Shown: positions 40,197 to 53,060 of the stretch, one piece after another
Numbering within the stretch: the first letter of the stretch is position 1
How the letters are laid out: every line of letters starts with the position of its first letter
Source of the DNA: Mobula hypostoma
Taxonomy: Eukaryota
Assembly (NCBI RefSeq): GCF_963921235.1
Contig: NC_086108.1
Location: 106,146,001 to 106,210,000 of the forward strand
Direction of reading: 5' to 3'
Length of the DNA stretch: 64,000 nt
The notes under the pieces: generated by a model
What the model was told of the DNA's origin: nothing
Seen by the model: only the letters and a program-made list of their open reading frames with translations
Databases searched by the model: none
Position numbers and translations under genes: made by a program

Positions 40197-40395
40197 CATA
40201 GTGGTTAGCACCATGCTATAACAGTGATTCCGGATTCAACTTCCGTCAGTGTCTGTAAGGAGCTTGTGCATTCTCCTGCAACCATGTGGGCTTCCTCCCA
40301 GTGCTCCGGTTTCCTCCCACATCACAAGGATGCATGGGTTAGTCACATGGTGTAATTAGGCCAGAAGGGCCTGTCACTCTGCAGTATCTCTAAAA
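40197..40395 (+). mobile_element. V-SINE
   Basis: TAGTGGTTAGC head; core GTGCTCCGGTTTCCTCCCACAT. Confidence 0.75.
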
Positions 40396-41523
40396 AGCTT
40401 CAAGACCTTAGCCTCAATGACCCCCTTGTACAATTAGAACCTGACTTTCTTCACTTGTACTCCCGTCTGTTTGAATTGGCAACAACATCTCCTGCACGAT
40501 CTCCATCAGCACAGGTGCACCACAGGGCTGTGTGAATAGCCCCCTGTTCTACTGGCTTTATACCGATGACAATGTGGCTAATAGTATATTCAAGTTTGCT
40601 GATGACACCACCATTGAGGGCCAAATCAAAGGTGGTGATGAATCAGCCTACAGGAAGGAGATTGAAAATTTGGCTGAGTGGTGTAATAACAACAACCTCT
40701 CACTCAATGCCAATAAGACCAAGGAACTGATTGTAGACTTCAGGAGAAGGAAACCAGAGGTCCTCGAGCCAGTCCTCATTGGAAGATCAGAGGTGGAGAG
40801 GGTCAGCAATTTTAAATTTCTGGTTGTTACGATTTCAGACGATCTGTCCTGGACCCAGGACATAACTGCAATTGTGAAGAAAGCATGGGAGTGCCTCTAG
40901 TTCTTGAGGAGTTTGTGGATATTCGGCATGACATCTAAAACTTTGACAAACTTCAACAGATGTGTAGTGGAGAGTGTATTGATCAGCTGCATCATGGTCT
41001 ATTATGGAAACACCAAAGCCTTTGAACAGAAAATTCTACAAAAGGTATTGGAATCAGCCCAGTCCTTCACGGGTAAAGCCCCTCGCAACCATTAAGCACA
41101 TCTGCATGAAATGCTGTTGCAGGAAAGCAGCATCCATCATCAGAAATCCCCACCACAAAGGTCATGCTCTCTCCTCACTGCTGCCATCAGGTAGAAGGTA
41201 CAAGAGTCTCAGGTGTCACACCACCAGTTTCAAGAACAGCTACTACCCCACAACCATCAGGCTCTTGAACAAAGAGGGTAACTACGCTCACTTCCCACCC
41301 ATTAAGATGGGGAACCATTGATCTCATTTTAAGGACTCTTTATCTGTTATCTCATGTTCTCATTATTTACGACTATTTATTTACATTTGCACCGTTTGTT
41401 GTCTTCTGCACTCTGGTTGATCTTTCATTCATCCTGCTATAGAGTATGCCCACAGGAAAATGAATCTCGGGGTTGTATATGGTGACGTATATGTACTTTG
41501 ATGATAAAATTTACTTTGAACCT
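40396..41523 (+). mobile_element. Rex1/Babar-like LINE 3' fragment
   Basis: ORF 40532..40900 KFADDTT...WCNNNNLSLN...KTKELIVDFR; LLPSGRRY; tail ATAAAATTTACTTTGAAC. Confidence 0.9.
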
Positions 41524-42107
41524 TATAGACATAAATGCATGAAAGATGCAAAGGTACAAAGTAATTGTGAGGAAAGAACTGCCAAGTAGCTAGTCCAGCT
41601 TCCTCCCTCACTAGTATAACTCAATAATCCCTTACATTACCTGAATAAAGATGTTATTTGGATACCTCTATGTGCTGAAGTCCCAGCTTACTTTACAGAG
41701 AACTTTGGACATTGTGAGAGGCAGAAGTGACACGGGAAATTCTGAGAGGGGAGATAGGTTAGACAGTCAAAATCCTCTTTTTCCCCCATTGCAGGAATGT
41801 CAAATATCAGAGTACATGTACGGTATTTCAGGTGAGAGGGGGAATGTTTCACGGACACATTAACACGGCACAGCAGTAACCTGACACGACCTTCACAACG
41901 TCCAAGAAAATAACTCCTTAGTGACATAAACCAATCTGATGTGAGTCCACCACATTATTGGAGTTGGTTTATTATTGTCAGATGACTGATATGCAGTTAA
42001 AATCCTAACTTCCTTACTGTTTATAAACACAAGAGATTCTGCAGAAGCTGGAAATCCGGAATCACACACACAAAATGCCGGAGGAACTCAGCAGGACAGC
42101 AACCTCT

Positions 42108-42408
42108 GTACTTACTGCCTCTGATGTTTAGGGCAGCAATGAAGAATCGCTGTTGATAGAAGAAATCTTCATTGCTGTTTCCGTAACAATTTTGTTTGAC
42201 CAGTCAGGGTTGTCGGCCCTGAGATAAGCCCTGAACCTGGAAGACCGATGGACCACTCTTAGTCTGGCCTCTACCCTTTGAACTGTTGGGCATTGATGAC
42301 ACTTCCAAGAGCTAAAGCATAAAGCCCTGACTCCAGCTAATGTAGGTCTCTGGGTCATTGAGGCACACAAGCCTCCAAATCATGATGAGGTTGCAGTCTT
42401 CCTGGAGG
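42108..42408 (-). mobile_element. Second bipartite RTE derivative, inserted in a PLE repeat
   Basis: Shares AAAGCATAAAGCCCTGACTCCAGC...GGTCATTGAGGCACAC and GCAGCAATGAAG with 36039-36500. Confidence 0.65.
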
Positions 42409-43132
42409 AAGCAGCATCTATGGAAAGGAATAAACAGTCAACATTTCAAACTGAAACCCTTCACCAGGACTTTCCATAGATGCTGCCTCCTCCAAGAGGA
42501 CCAGGACTGATGAAGGATTTTGGCCTGAAACATTGATTGTTCAATCTGATCAAATCATTATACAGTCCATTGAGGTAGGACAAAATCAAACAATAAGAGA
42601 ATGCAGAATAAAGTGTTACAGCTACAGGGAGAGTGCAGTGCAGGCAGACAATAATGTGCAATGTCATAATGAGGTAGATGGCAAGGTCAAGAGTCCAGCT
42701 TAATGACATTTCGGTGGTCAAACGGAGGAGCACCTAAGAGCTGTGGAACTTTAATTTTTATTTATTCTGTCATGTGTTGAGGCTAGTGCTAGGGTTTCTG
42801 GTCAGTATGGCTTAATGGCCCAGAAGGGCCTGTTCTGCGATTTATCTCCAAGTTTAAAAAAATAAGTAAATTTATGGAAATCTGTACATAAACATAGACT
42901 GACAAACAATGTATGTGCAAAATTCTTCCCATATTCCCATCAAATTTCCACAGATACTACTAGGAGCCTAGTCACGTACCAACCCGCACATCCTCAGTAT
43001 GTGGGAGAGATCAGGATCAGAATCAGGTTTAATATCACCGGCATATATCGTGAAAGTTGTCAACTTTGTGGCAGCAGTAGAATGCAATACATGGTAATAT
43101 CATACAGTATATAAGAAACAGTAAATAACAGT

Positions 43133-43134
<2 letters not shown>

Positions 43135-43185
<51 letters not shown>

Positions 43186-43190
43186 CGCGC
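43135..43190. repeat. (GT)n microsatellite
   Basis: Perfect GT run ending in GC repeats. Confidence 0.97.
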
Positions 43191-44889
43191 ACATTAAATT
43201 AAATAGGTAGTTCAAAAATAGAAACAGGAAGTAGTGAGGTAGTGTTCATGGGTTCAATGTCCATTCAGAAATCAGATGCCAGAGGGGAAGGAGTTTTTCT
43301 TGAATCACTGAGTGTGTGCCTTTCGACTTCTGTACCTCCTTTCTGATGGTAACAATGAGAAGAGTTTTGGGTGGTGGGTATCCTTTATAATGGACGCCGC
43401 CTTTTTAAGGCACCGCTCTTGAAGGTCGCTTGGATACTATGAAGTCTAATACCCATGATGGAGCTGACCAATTTAGCAACTCACCACAGGTTACTTCGAA
43501 CCTGTCCAGTAGCCACCCCTGCCCACAAACCCCACCCCACCATGTCAAACGGTGATGCAGTTAGTTAGAATGCTCTCCATGGTACATCTGTAGAAATTTT
43601 CATGAGTTTTAGGTGACATACCAAGTCTCCTCAGAAAGTCTGGGGGAAGCCCACACGTCACAGGAAAGAAGTACAAGCTGTACACAGACAGCACCTGAGA
43701 GCTCAGGACTGAGCCCAGGTTTCTGGTGCTGCTCTATGAGATGTGCTACCCTGCCAGAGATCAATGCTGATAATATATTGTTAATTTACAATCTTCCAAC
43801 AGTTGCTCAGCGGTATTGAATACTGAAAGGCCACACAACCATTACTAAATGGCTCAGAAATCAATTCTGCTGGAGCAACTATTGGAGACACACACAGTTT
43901 GCTGCGGTATGTTATTATGGACTCATGGATCAATTTGTTAGTCTGTTTCTGCAAACTTTTGCTCCTGTTATGTTGTAAAATCTTTGATCTTTTTGTCTGT
44001 GAACAGAGATAAGAGGTAACATAATATATATATAATTTACTCTGTAATATGAAAGAAAGAGACTGTGAAATAGGCTGTGAGACAGTTTTTTCTCCCAGAG
44101 CAGATTCTATGCAGAACCTTGGGATTTAAAGAAAAATATCTGTGGCTTCAGATCAGCAACGAAGTAGAGTTAGAGGTGGATAAACAGGTTAATAAACTTA
44201 TTTATTTACTAATTTAACCTTATTTAACTGATAGCTTTTTATAAGTCTGATAATTTTATAGTCACCGTTATTATCTTTATACTTCTGAATTTTAAAATTG
44301 GAAAACTGGTCTATTATTGTCAACCAAATTAGTGCAGTCTTTCAATGATTCTGTCATGGTTATTTTTCAATGGATTTATCGAGTCTGTCCACAAAGAAAT
44401 GAATCTCAGGGTTGTAATAGTGACATATATGTACTTTGATGATAAATTTACTTTGAACTTTCGAACTTTGAACATGCACCGAGATACAGCGAAAATCTTT
44501 GTTTGGCATGCTATCCATACAGATCACTTTATTACAGAGGTTTACCAGGAAGAAAGAGAACATTGGTAGCTTTGGTTGCCTGCTTGTTTGTGGGGTTGTG
44601 CACTGAGCACTCTGCAGAAACAACACTCACATGCACACTGATGATGTCACCTCAACTGCTGACAAAGCACTTGCGACCTAAACTCCAGGCTCGGTGAACA
44701 ACCCGACAAACAAGTCGACCAGGATGCTGCCTGGACTAGAGGGCATGTGTCATAACGAGAGGATGGACAAATTTGGGTTGTTTCTCTGGAGCAGCAGAGA
44801 TTGTGGGGAGATGTGATAAGATTATGAGAGGCATAGATGGAACAGAGAGACAGTATCTTTTTCCTGGGGGAAAAAGGGGTTGAAATTTT

Positions 44890-45567
44890 TCCAGGTTGAG
44901 TCAGTAGTGAAGAAGGCGAATGCAATGTTGGCATTCATTTCTAGAGGAATAGAGGATAGGAGCAGGGATGTGATGTTGAGGCTCTATAAGGCACCAGTAA
45001 GACCTCACTTGGAGTACTGTGAGCAGTTTTGGTCTCCTTACTTAAGAAAGGTTGTGCTGACGTTGGAGAGGGTACAGAGAAGATTCACTAGAATGATTCT
45101 GGGAATGAGAGGGTTAATATATGAGGAACGTTTGTCCGCTCCTGGACTGTATTCCTTGGAGTTCAGAAGAACGAGGGGGGTCCTTATAGAAACATTTCGA
45201 ATGTTGAAAGGCATGGACAGAGCGGATGTGGCAAAGTTGTTTCCCATGATGGGGGAGTCTAGTACGAGAGGGCATGACTTAACGATTGAAGGGCGCCCAT
45301 TCAGAACAGAGATGCAAAGAAATTTTTTTAGCCAGAGGGTGGTGAATCTATGGAATTTGTTGCCATGGGCGGCAGTGGAGGCCAAGTCATTGGGTATATT
45401 TAAGGCAGAGATTGATAGGTATCTGAGTAGCCAGGGCATCAAAGGTTATGGTGAGAAGGCAGGGGAGTGGGACTAAATGGGAGAATGGATCAGCTCATGA
45501 TAAAATGGCAGAGCAGACTCAATGGGCCGAATGGCTGACTTCTGCTCCTTTGTCTTATGGTCTTATG
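44890..45567 (+). mobile_element. Young CR1 3' fragment nested in an older CR1
   Basis: ORF 44880..45476 is near-identical to 26910..27644. The older CR1 (44735-44889) resumes after 45567 and again after 51109. Confidence 0.92.
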
Positions 45568-45579
45568 GAAATATCAAAT

Positions 45580-48500
45580 TGTCACTGTCCTGACCATTAA
45601 TTCCACGTCTCCTAATTTCCTTTGATGGCGGCACACCTGGTTTTCATCAAGACCTGCAGCATAAGAACCCCGGCTTTGCACCCACTAGCTGCCAGATTGT
45701 TGGTTCTGCCTGTGTGGTAATTAACGTTTCCCGGTTGCTTAGGATTGTGTGTTCTAAGTTTTGCTTCAGTACCGAGATTTACCTGTGAAATTCAGTCTCT
45801 CCATGTCAAGAGAAGTTTTCTAAGTTCTACTCCAGTTCCGAGGTTTACCTGGAAACTCCGTCTCTCCGTGCTAAGAAAAGTTTTGTCTGCCGCTTTCCTT
45901 TCTACGCTCCGTGTTAAGATAAGTTCTGTCTGCCTCCTGCTTTCTTGCACTCCCTCCTGTTTGCTGTTCAACATTGATATCTGTGTCTGTATCCTAACTC
46001 AATCTCCATGCCTGTGTCCTACGTTTGGGTTCACCCCATTACATTGTAACAGAACAATCTGGCCACCATGGACCCAGCGGACATGAATACCCTTTGTGAC
46101 GAGAATACACATAGATTAAGATGTTAGCTGGCCTGTGCTGGCACCAGTGGGATCAGCAGTTGGTCTGCCACCTGTCTTCAGGAGAAAGAGGGATAAGGAA
46201 AACAATGGAGCAGCATTTGGAGATATTAATGAAGGGTCGGGAGAGTTTAACGGAAGGAGAGCTGTCAAGATCGGCTCCCCCTTTGAACCCTAAACTGTTT
46301 GAAGTGATGGACAGGCGATACCCCAGCAGGGGTATAAAAAGGGACAGGTTCGCTAGGGCAAGGCACACACGACACCCCGAGGTAATGAGACCCTGGAAGC
46401 GGTGCGTCTCCCACAAGTCGGTGGGAAGTTTTGGAAGGCTGGTCGCGGGACCAAGCCATAGACGCACAGGGTGGAAAGGCACGATCAGCGGGAACCTGGT
46501 GTGTGTGTCCGCCCTTGCCTGGGTGCCAGGTTCACCACAGAGAAACGATCGTATCTGGAAACGGAGGGGTCACGGTCGGTGACCTCAGAAGACATCACAA
46601 AGGGCTCGCCCGAAAGCTGACTGCGAAGAATATCGAAGGTCTGTGTGGAAGCCGTTTGAATATTCATTCGTTTTGCTCTCTCTCTCCTTCCCCCCACTGT
46701 CCATCTCCCACGGCAGTGATTGCGGTGAACTGAACTGAACTAAATTGAACTGAACATTGCGTCACTTTGAAACTGGTCATTTACCCCTAGACAACGATAG
46801 AGCTTGATTGATCCCGTTATCCTAATTCTGTGTACATGTGTGTTTATTATTGCTGAACTGTTGCATTTATTACCCTTTTGATTAGAGTACTGTGTTGCTT
46901 GTTTCTTTAATAAAACTTTCTTAGTTCTAGTAATCCAGACTCCAACTGAGTGATCCATTTCTGCTGGTTTGGCAACCCAGTTACGGGGTACGTAACACCT
47001 TCAACAAGCCCTCGCCAGCCAGGGTTCCTACTGGGACAGCACGACCAACTCCTCCGGGAGGTCATGGAGAACCTCCGTTCCCTGTCTGCTCACATCACGA
47101 AGATTGGTGACCAGGTGGACCGTGTATCCACTCATTTTACTCAACCCACTCCTGGAACCCTGTCTGACCAGCCCAGACAGCCTGTAGTGGCAACCCCCTA
47201 CGTGTCAGCAACCCCCCCCACCACCACCAAGAGAGCCTCAGGTATCTGAACCGGAGCACTACGCTGGCGATTTGGGGAAGTGCCGGGCCTTCCTTCTCCT
47301 TGGTGTTCGAACAGCAGTTGTCCACGTACTTCACAGATAAGTCAAAGGTTGCTTATATCATGGGGTTGTTGCGGGGAAGTGCATTAGCGTGGGCCACAGC
47401 TGTTTGGAATAACCAACCTGATATCTGCTCTTCTTTCACCACCTTTGACCACCCTGTCCGTGGTAAAGACGCCGCCTAATCTACCCACTCTCTGCTAGGG
47501 TTCACGCAGTGTTACCGAATATTCCGTGGAGTTCCAGATGTTAGCAGCCGACTCAGGGGTGGAACGATGAGGCACTCCAAGGGGTGTTTCAGAATGGTCT
47601 CAGCGTCACGGTGAAAGATGAGTTGGTGGCAAGAGACGACATCGACAGCCTGGATTCCCTGATCTCCCTGGCCACCATGTTGGATAATCGCCTCCAAGAA
47701 CACCATAGAGAAAGAACTGGTCATCCACCACCTTTGGCCACTCCTCGGCCTCTCTCCTTCTCCTGCTCCTAGAGTAGCTCCCAGCCCGGCTGTTTCCACC
47801 GCCCCGGGAGAGGAACCCATGCAGCTGGGACGGAACCGCCTTTCTCCCACAGAACGACTCCGGAGATTGGGAGCGGGTGAGTGTCTATATCGCGGCCAGT
47901 CTGGCCACTTCCTTGCTACCTGTCCCCTTTGGCCAAAAGGGAAGGCTCACCAGTAGAAAGGGGGACCCTAGTGAGCCAGACAACATTCCCTTCTGTCCCC
48001 CGACCCCGGATGCAGCTTCAAGCCACTTTGCGTTACAACCAACAGGCCCTGCCTCTGTTAGCACTAGTGGACTCTGGCGCTGAGGGAAACCTTTTGGATG
48101 AAAACTTAGCTTTCCAAGCCAGAATTCCTCGTGAGCTGTTGACTAACCCCCTGGAAGCCTGGGCACTGGACGGTAGACTTCTGGCCCGAGTCACACACTG
48201 CACAGAACCCCTGCCTCTCCTTCTTCCGGAAACCATCGGGAACAGGTACAATTCAATTTAATTTCCTCTCCTCAAGTCCCTATAGTTCTTGGTTGCCCCT
48301 GGTTAAGCCGTCATAACCCTCACATCGACAGGTCCACCGAGAAGATAGTCAGCTGGAGTTCGTTCTGCCATTCCACTTGTCTACAGTCAGCCCTTTCCCC
48401 AGTGGAGGTCACCGCAACCTTCTCCGCCTCTGAACCCCCTGACTTATCCAAGGTTCTAGTAGAGTACCACGATCTGGGAGAAGTGTTTAGCAAGCAACGG

Positions 48501-51109
48501 GCTCCTTCCCTGCCTCCACACCGCCCTTACGATTGCGCAATTGACCTTTACCCCGGAACCTCTCTACCCACTAGTCGGCTGTACAACCTGTCCCGACCAG
48601 AAAGGGAAGCAATGGAGGCTTACCGAAATGACTCTGTCGTAGCTGGCATTATCTGACCCTTATCTTCCCCTGTAGCCACAGGTTTCTTTTTTGTGGGGAA
48701 GAAAGACACCTCTCCTGCGACCCCTTTTCACCGGACCCCCGAAGCGGACTCAGCCTTCTCGGAGCAGAAGAGGCGTTTCACCTCCACTCCCATCCTAGTC
48801 CGACCTGACCCCTCTCACCAATTCATTGTGGAAGTCGATGCCTCCGACTCTGGGGTGGGAGCTGTCCTCTCCCAACGCTCCGGCCCAGACCAAAAGCTCC
48901 ATCCCTGTGCCTTCTTCTCTCGCTGTCTATCCCCTGCCGATTGGAACTACGACATTGGGAACCTGGAGTTGCTGGCCATCAAACTCACCTTGGAGGAGTG
49001 GAGGCACTGGCTGGAGGGAGCAGAACATCCATTCATTGTCTGGACAGACCATATGAACCTGGTATACATCCAAGCCGCCAAACGCCTTAATTCCCGCCAA
49101 GCCCATTGGGCATTATTTTTTGGCCGTTTCAAATTCACCCTCACCTATCGTCCTGGTTCCAAGAACGGGAAGCCCGATGCTCTCTCCCGTCAATACGTCT
49201 CCGAGGAGGGCCTTCCCAATCCCGATACCATCCTGTGTACTGGCTGCCTTCACCTGGGAGATCGAGTCCATAGTCAAAGAGGCCCAATGGACTCACCCTG
49301 ACCCAGGCAATGGACCCCCCAATCGCCTCTTCGTGCCTGGCTCTGTTTGGTCTCAGGTTCTCCAGTGAGGGCATACTTCTCGTTTTGTCTGCCATCCCGG
49401 AATCGATCGAACTCTGTCCCTTCTGAAGTGACATTTCTGGTGGCCCTCCATGGATGCTGATACTCGCTCCTTCGTCTCTGCCTGTTCTGTGTGTGCCCGT
49501 GGAAAAGCCTCCCATCAACCACCTGCTGGATTGCTTTGTCCCCTACCTGTCCCTAGCCGCCCTTGGTCCCACATTGCTCTGGATTTCGTTACTGGAGAAC
49601 ACATGGTAACACTGCTGTACTCACTGTGCTGGACCGCTTCTCCAAAGCTGTGCACTTCGTAGCCCTTCCCAAACTCCCCACAGCCTGTGAAACAGCCGAC
49701 CTCCTTGTCCATCACGTCTTCCGCCTCCATGGAATTCCCTTTGACATTGTTTCTGACCGGGGCCCCCAGTTCATCCCTCAAGACTGGAGATCCTTCTGTC
49801 AAGCACATACAGCCTCAGTAAGTCTGTCTTCTGGTTTCCATCCACAGACTAATGGTCAAACGGAATGAGCAAACCAGGATTTGGAAGCAGCACTGCGCTG
49901 CATAACCACCAACAACCCGTCATCCTGCAGCACCCATCTCACTTGGGTGGTGTACGCCCACAACTCCCTGGTCAGCACCGCCACCGGAATGTCTCCCTTC
50001 GAATGCTCCCTTGGTTATCAACCCCCTCTGTTTCCCGCCCATGAAGACGACATCGCCATGCCTTCTGTTCCGGTGCTGCAAGGTCTGGAAGGATCTTGCT
50101 CTGCCCCGCTCCGCTCAGCCGACCGCAACCGGAGGATTGTCACTCACCATCAAATTCCTGCATCCAACTATCAGCCTGGTCAGAAGGTTTGGCTCTCTTC
50201 AAAAGACATTCCCCTCAAGAATGAACCCAAGAAACCCCTGCCCCTCGTTACCCCGGACCACTCAAAATAGAGAGCATCATCAACCCCTCGGTGGCCAAAC
50301 TCAAACTGCCCAGATCCATGCACATTCATCCTATGTTCCACGTCTCCCAAATGAAACCTGTGTCTGTCAGCCCTTTGTGCCCTCCTGCTGAACCTCCTCC
50401 ACCCGCCCGGGTCATCGATGATCACCCAACTTACACCGTCTGGTGAATACTGGATGTGCACCGCTGAGGTAGGGGTCTCCAGTACCTAGTCGATTGTAAG
50501 GGATACCGTCCTGAGGAGTGCACCTGGATTCCCCGCTCCTTAATCTTGGACCCGTCCCTCATCCGAGATTTCCATCAAGACAATCTGGACAAGCCTGGTG
50601 GTTTGCCTGGAGGCTCCTGTTGGGGGAGGGGGGGGTATACTGTCACGGTCCTGACCATTAATTCCCCATTTTCTCCTAATTTCCTTTGATAGCGGCACAC
50701 CTGGTTTTCATCAAGACCTGCAGCATAAGAACCCCGGCTTTGCACCCACTAGTTGCCAGATCATTGGTTTTGCCAGTGTGGTAATTAAAATTTCCCGGCC
50801 ACTTAGAATTGTGTGTTCTAAGTCTTGCTTCAGTACCGAGATTTACTTGTGAAACTCAGTCTCTCCATGTCAAGATAAGTATTCTAAGTTTTATTTCAGC
50901 ACCGAGGTTTCCTTGTGTAACTCCATCTCTCCGTGCTAAGAAAAGTTTTGTCTGCTGCTTTCCTTTCTACGCTCCGTGTCAAGGTAAGTACTGCCTGCTT
51001 TCCTGTACACCCTCCTGTTTGCCGTTCAACGCTCACGCCCGCGTCTGCATCCTAATTCAATCTCCGTGCCTGTGTTCTGCATTTGGGTTCACTCTGTTCC
51101 ATTGCAACA
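45580..51109 (+). mobile_element. Ty3/Gypsy chromovirus (sushi-like) provirus, RT core deleted
   Basis: LTRs 45580-46051 and 50641-51109 (TGTCAC...AACA); TSD CAAAT/CTAAT; PPT 50622-50635. Gag MDPAD (ATG 46068), knuckle [14 protein letters not shown], protease LVDSGA, RNase [14 protein letters not shown], integrase SDRGPQF, chromodomain GLQYLVD...TWIP. Confidence 0.95.
46095..46997 (+). mobile_element. Solo LTR of a different family inserted in gag
   Basis: TGTGACG...CGTAACA termini; 4-bp TSD CCTT (46091-46094, 46998-47001); TATAAAA near 46334 and AATAAA near 46909. Removing it restores MDPADMNTLQQALASQG. Confidence 0.92.
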
Positions 51110-52074
51110 CTAATACCAGAGGGCATGCATTTGAGGGTGGTAATTTCAAAAGAGATGCACTGCCTGGGGTAGTGGTAGAGGCAGAAACATTAGGCACTTT
51201 TAAGGGACATTTGGATAAGCACATGAATGTGACGAAAATGAAAGGATGTGGGTATTGTGTAAGCAGAAGGGATTAGCGTAGTTGCCTATTTGATTACTAA
51301 TTTAATTGTTTTGGCACAAGACTGTGGGCCAAAGGGCTGGTTCCTGTGCTGTACTGTTCTATGTTGTATGCCCTACGTTCTATTACACAGTGCATCATGG
51401 TAGTTCAAGGAAAACAACAACAGAATGCAGGACAAAGTGTTGTTGGTAAATTAATGGGTTAAGAAGCGTATTTATCTATTTGCCAATTTAACCTTACTCA
51501 TCTGATGGCCTTTTACCGTCTGATCATTTTAGGACTACCTTTTGTTGAGACCAACAATCTTTTCACTTCTGATTTTTAAACTTGGTAAATTGTACGCACG
51601 GAGATGCAGTGAAAAACTTTGTTCTGTGAGCCATCTATACAGATCATTTTGTTACACAGTTCATTCAGGTAGTACAAGGGAAAGCAACAACAGACTGCAG
51701 AATGAAGTGTTACAGTTACAGAGAAAGTGCAGTGCAATTAAACAATAATGTGCAATGTACCCATCACCTTTGGTGCGGTGGGTATATGGAATGAGCTGGA
51801 GGACCCCTTTTAAATTTTTCATCCTCTCTCTCCTGAAATCTATGCCTTCTGAATTTAGACTCCTTCACAATGGAAAAATATCTGCATCCAAACTAAAGAA
51901 CCTAAAGGAACGGCAAGAAACTCTTAGATAAACACATGGATGATAAAAAAGGAGGGTGATGAAAGAGAGAGGAGTTCTCAGAGTAAATTAAAAGGTCGGC
52001 ACAACCACAACATCGAGAGACAAAGGGTATGTACTATGATGTGCTGTTCTACGTTCTAATGTACTAGGGAATCT

Positions 52075-53060
52075 CTCTTCTTCTGTGCAACTTTCAATGA
52101 AATTTAACCTTTCCAATACTCACTTTTTTCGATACTTACAGATTAGAGATGTTTTAAGATCTCAATTACATACATTCATACATTTCCTACAAGTCCAGGT
52201 AAGAATATAATAGATACAATTTTTAATCTGAAACCCTTTGATCACGGTTCAATATCTTACATTTATGGTCTACTGTTGGGACTGAGAAAGGCCTCTTCAG
52301 ATAAAATTAAGGGAGATTGGGAAAAGAATTTACAGATTTTCATATCTGAAGAGAGCTGGAAGATTATTTTAAAATTGATTAATTCTTCATTATGTGCTCA
52401 TCATTCTTTATTACAATTCAAAATGGTACATAGAGTACATATGTCTAAAGACAAGCTTTCCCCTTTCTACGCAGATATTTCCCCTTACTGTGATAGGTGT
52501 ACTAATGGAGTGGCCACACTAATTCATATGTTTTGGACATGTCCGAGCCTTGAAAAATTTTGGAAAGATGTAGTTCAAACTTTTTCTGTACTTTTCAATA
52601 TCAGTTTTAAGCCCAATCCTTTGACTGTCGTGTTTGGTATTGTTGAGGATAGTGCTACAAAATTGAAGCCAACTAATTTGCGGGTATTGGCCTTTATGTC
52701 TCTTATGGCCAGGAGGGTGATCTTGCTCAGGTGGAAGGAGCCCCCCCACCCACTCATGTTCAATGGCTATCTGATGTTATGTTGTGCCTTGATCTAGAGA
52801 AGATTCATTGTTCGATTTCTGATTCTAAACATGATTTTCTAATGTTATGGGGACCCTTTCTGAATTATTTTCATAATCTTTGAACTGTTATTAAAGTATG
52901 GATCTGAGCCATTATTATTATAATATCATATGGTAAGGTATTTTTCTTTTTTCTTCTCTTTTTTTTTTACCGACCAACTCATTTTGGTAGTGGAGGTAGA
53001 CTTTTTAAAAATAAAATACAATTATTTTATTTTATTTCATAATTCAATCTGATGTACTCA
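52075..53060 (+). mobile_element. L1-clade LINE 3' fragment
   Basis: ORF 52276..52797 carries the C-terminal CCHC finger CDRC...TLIHMFWTCP; AATAAA near 53010. Confidence 0.85.

Noticed and set aside
46068..50600. Domesticated PEG10/RTL-like gene
   Set aside because: LTRs are retained and the frames contain many stops, frameshifts and an LTR insertion.
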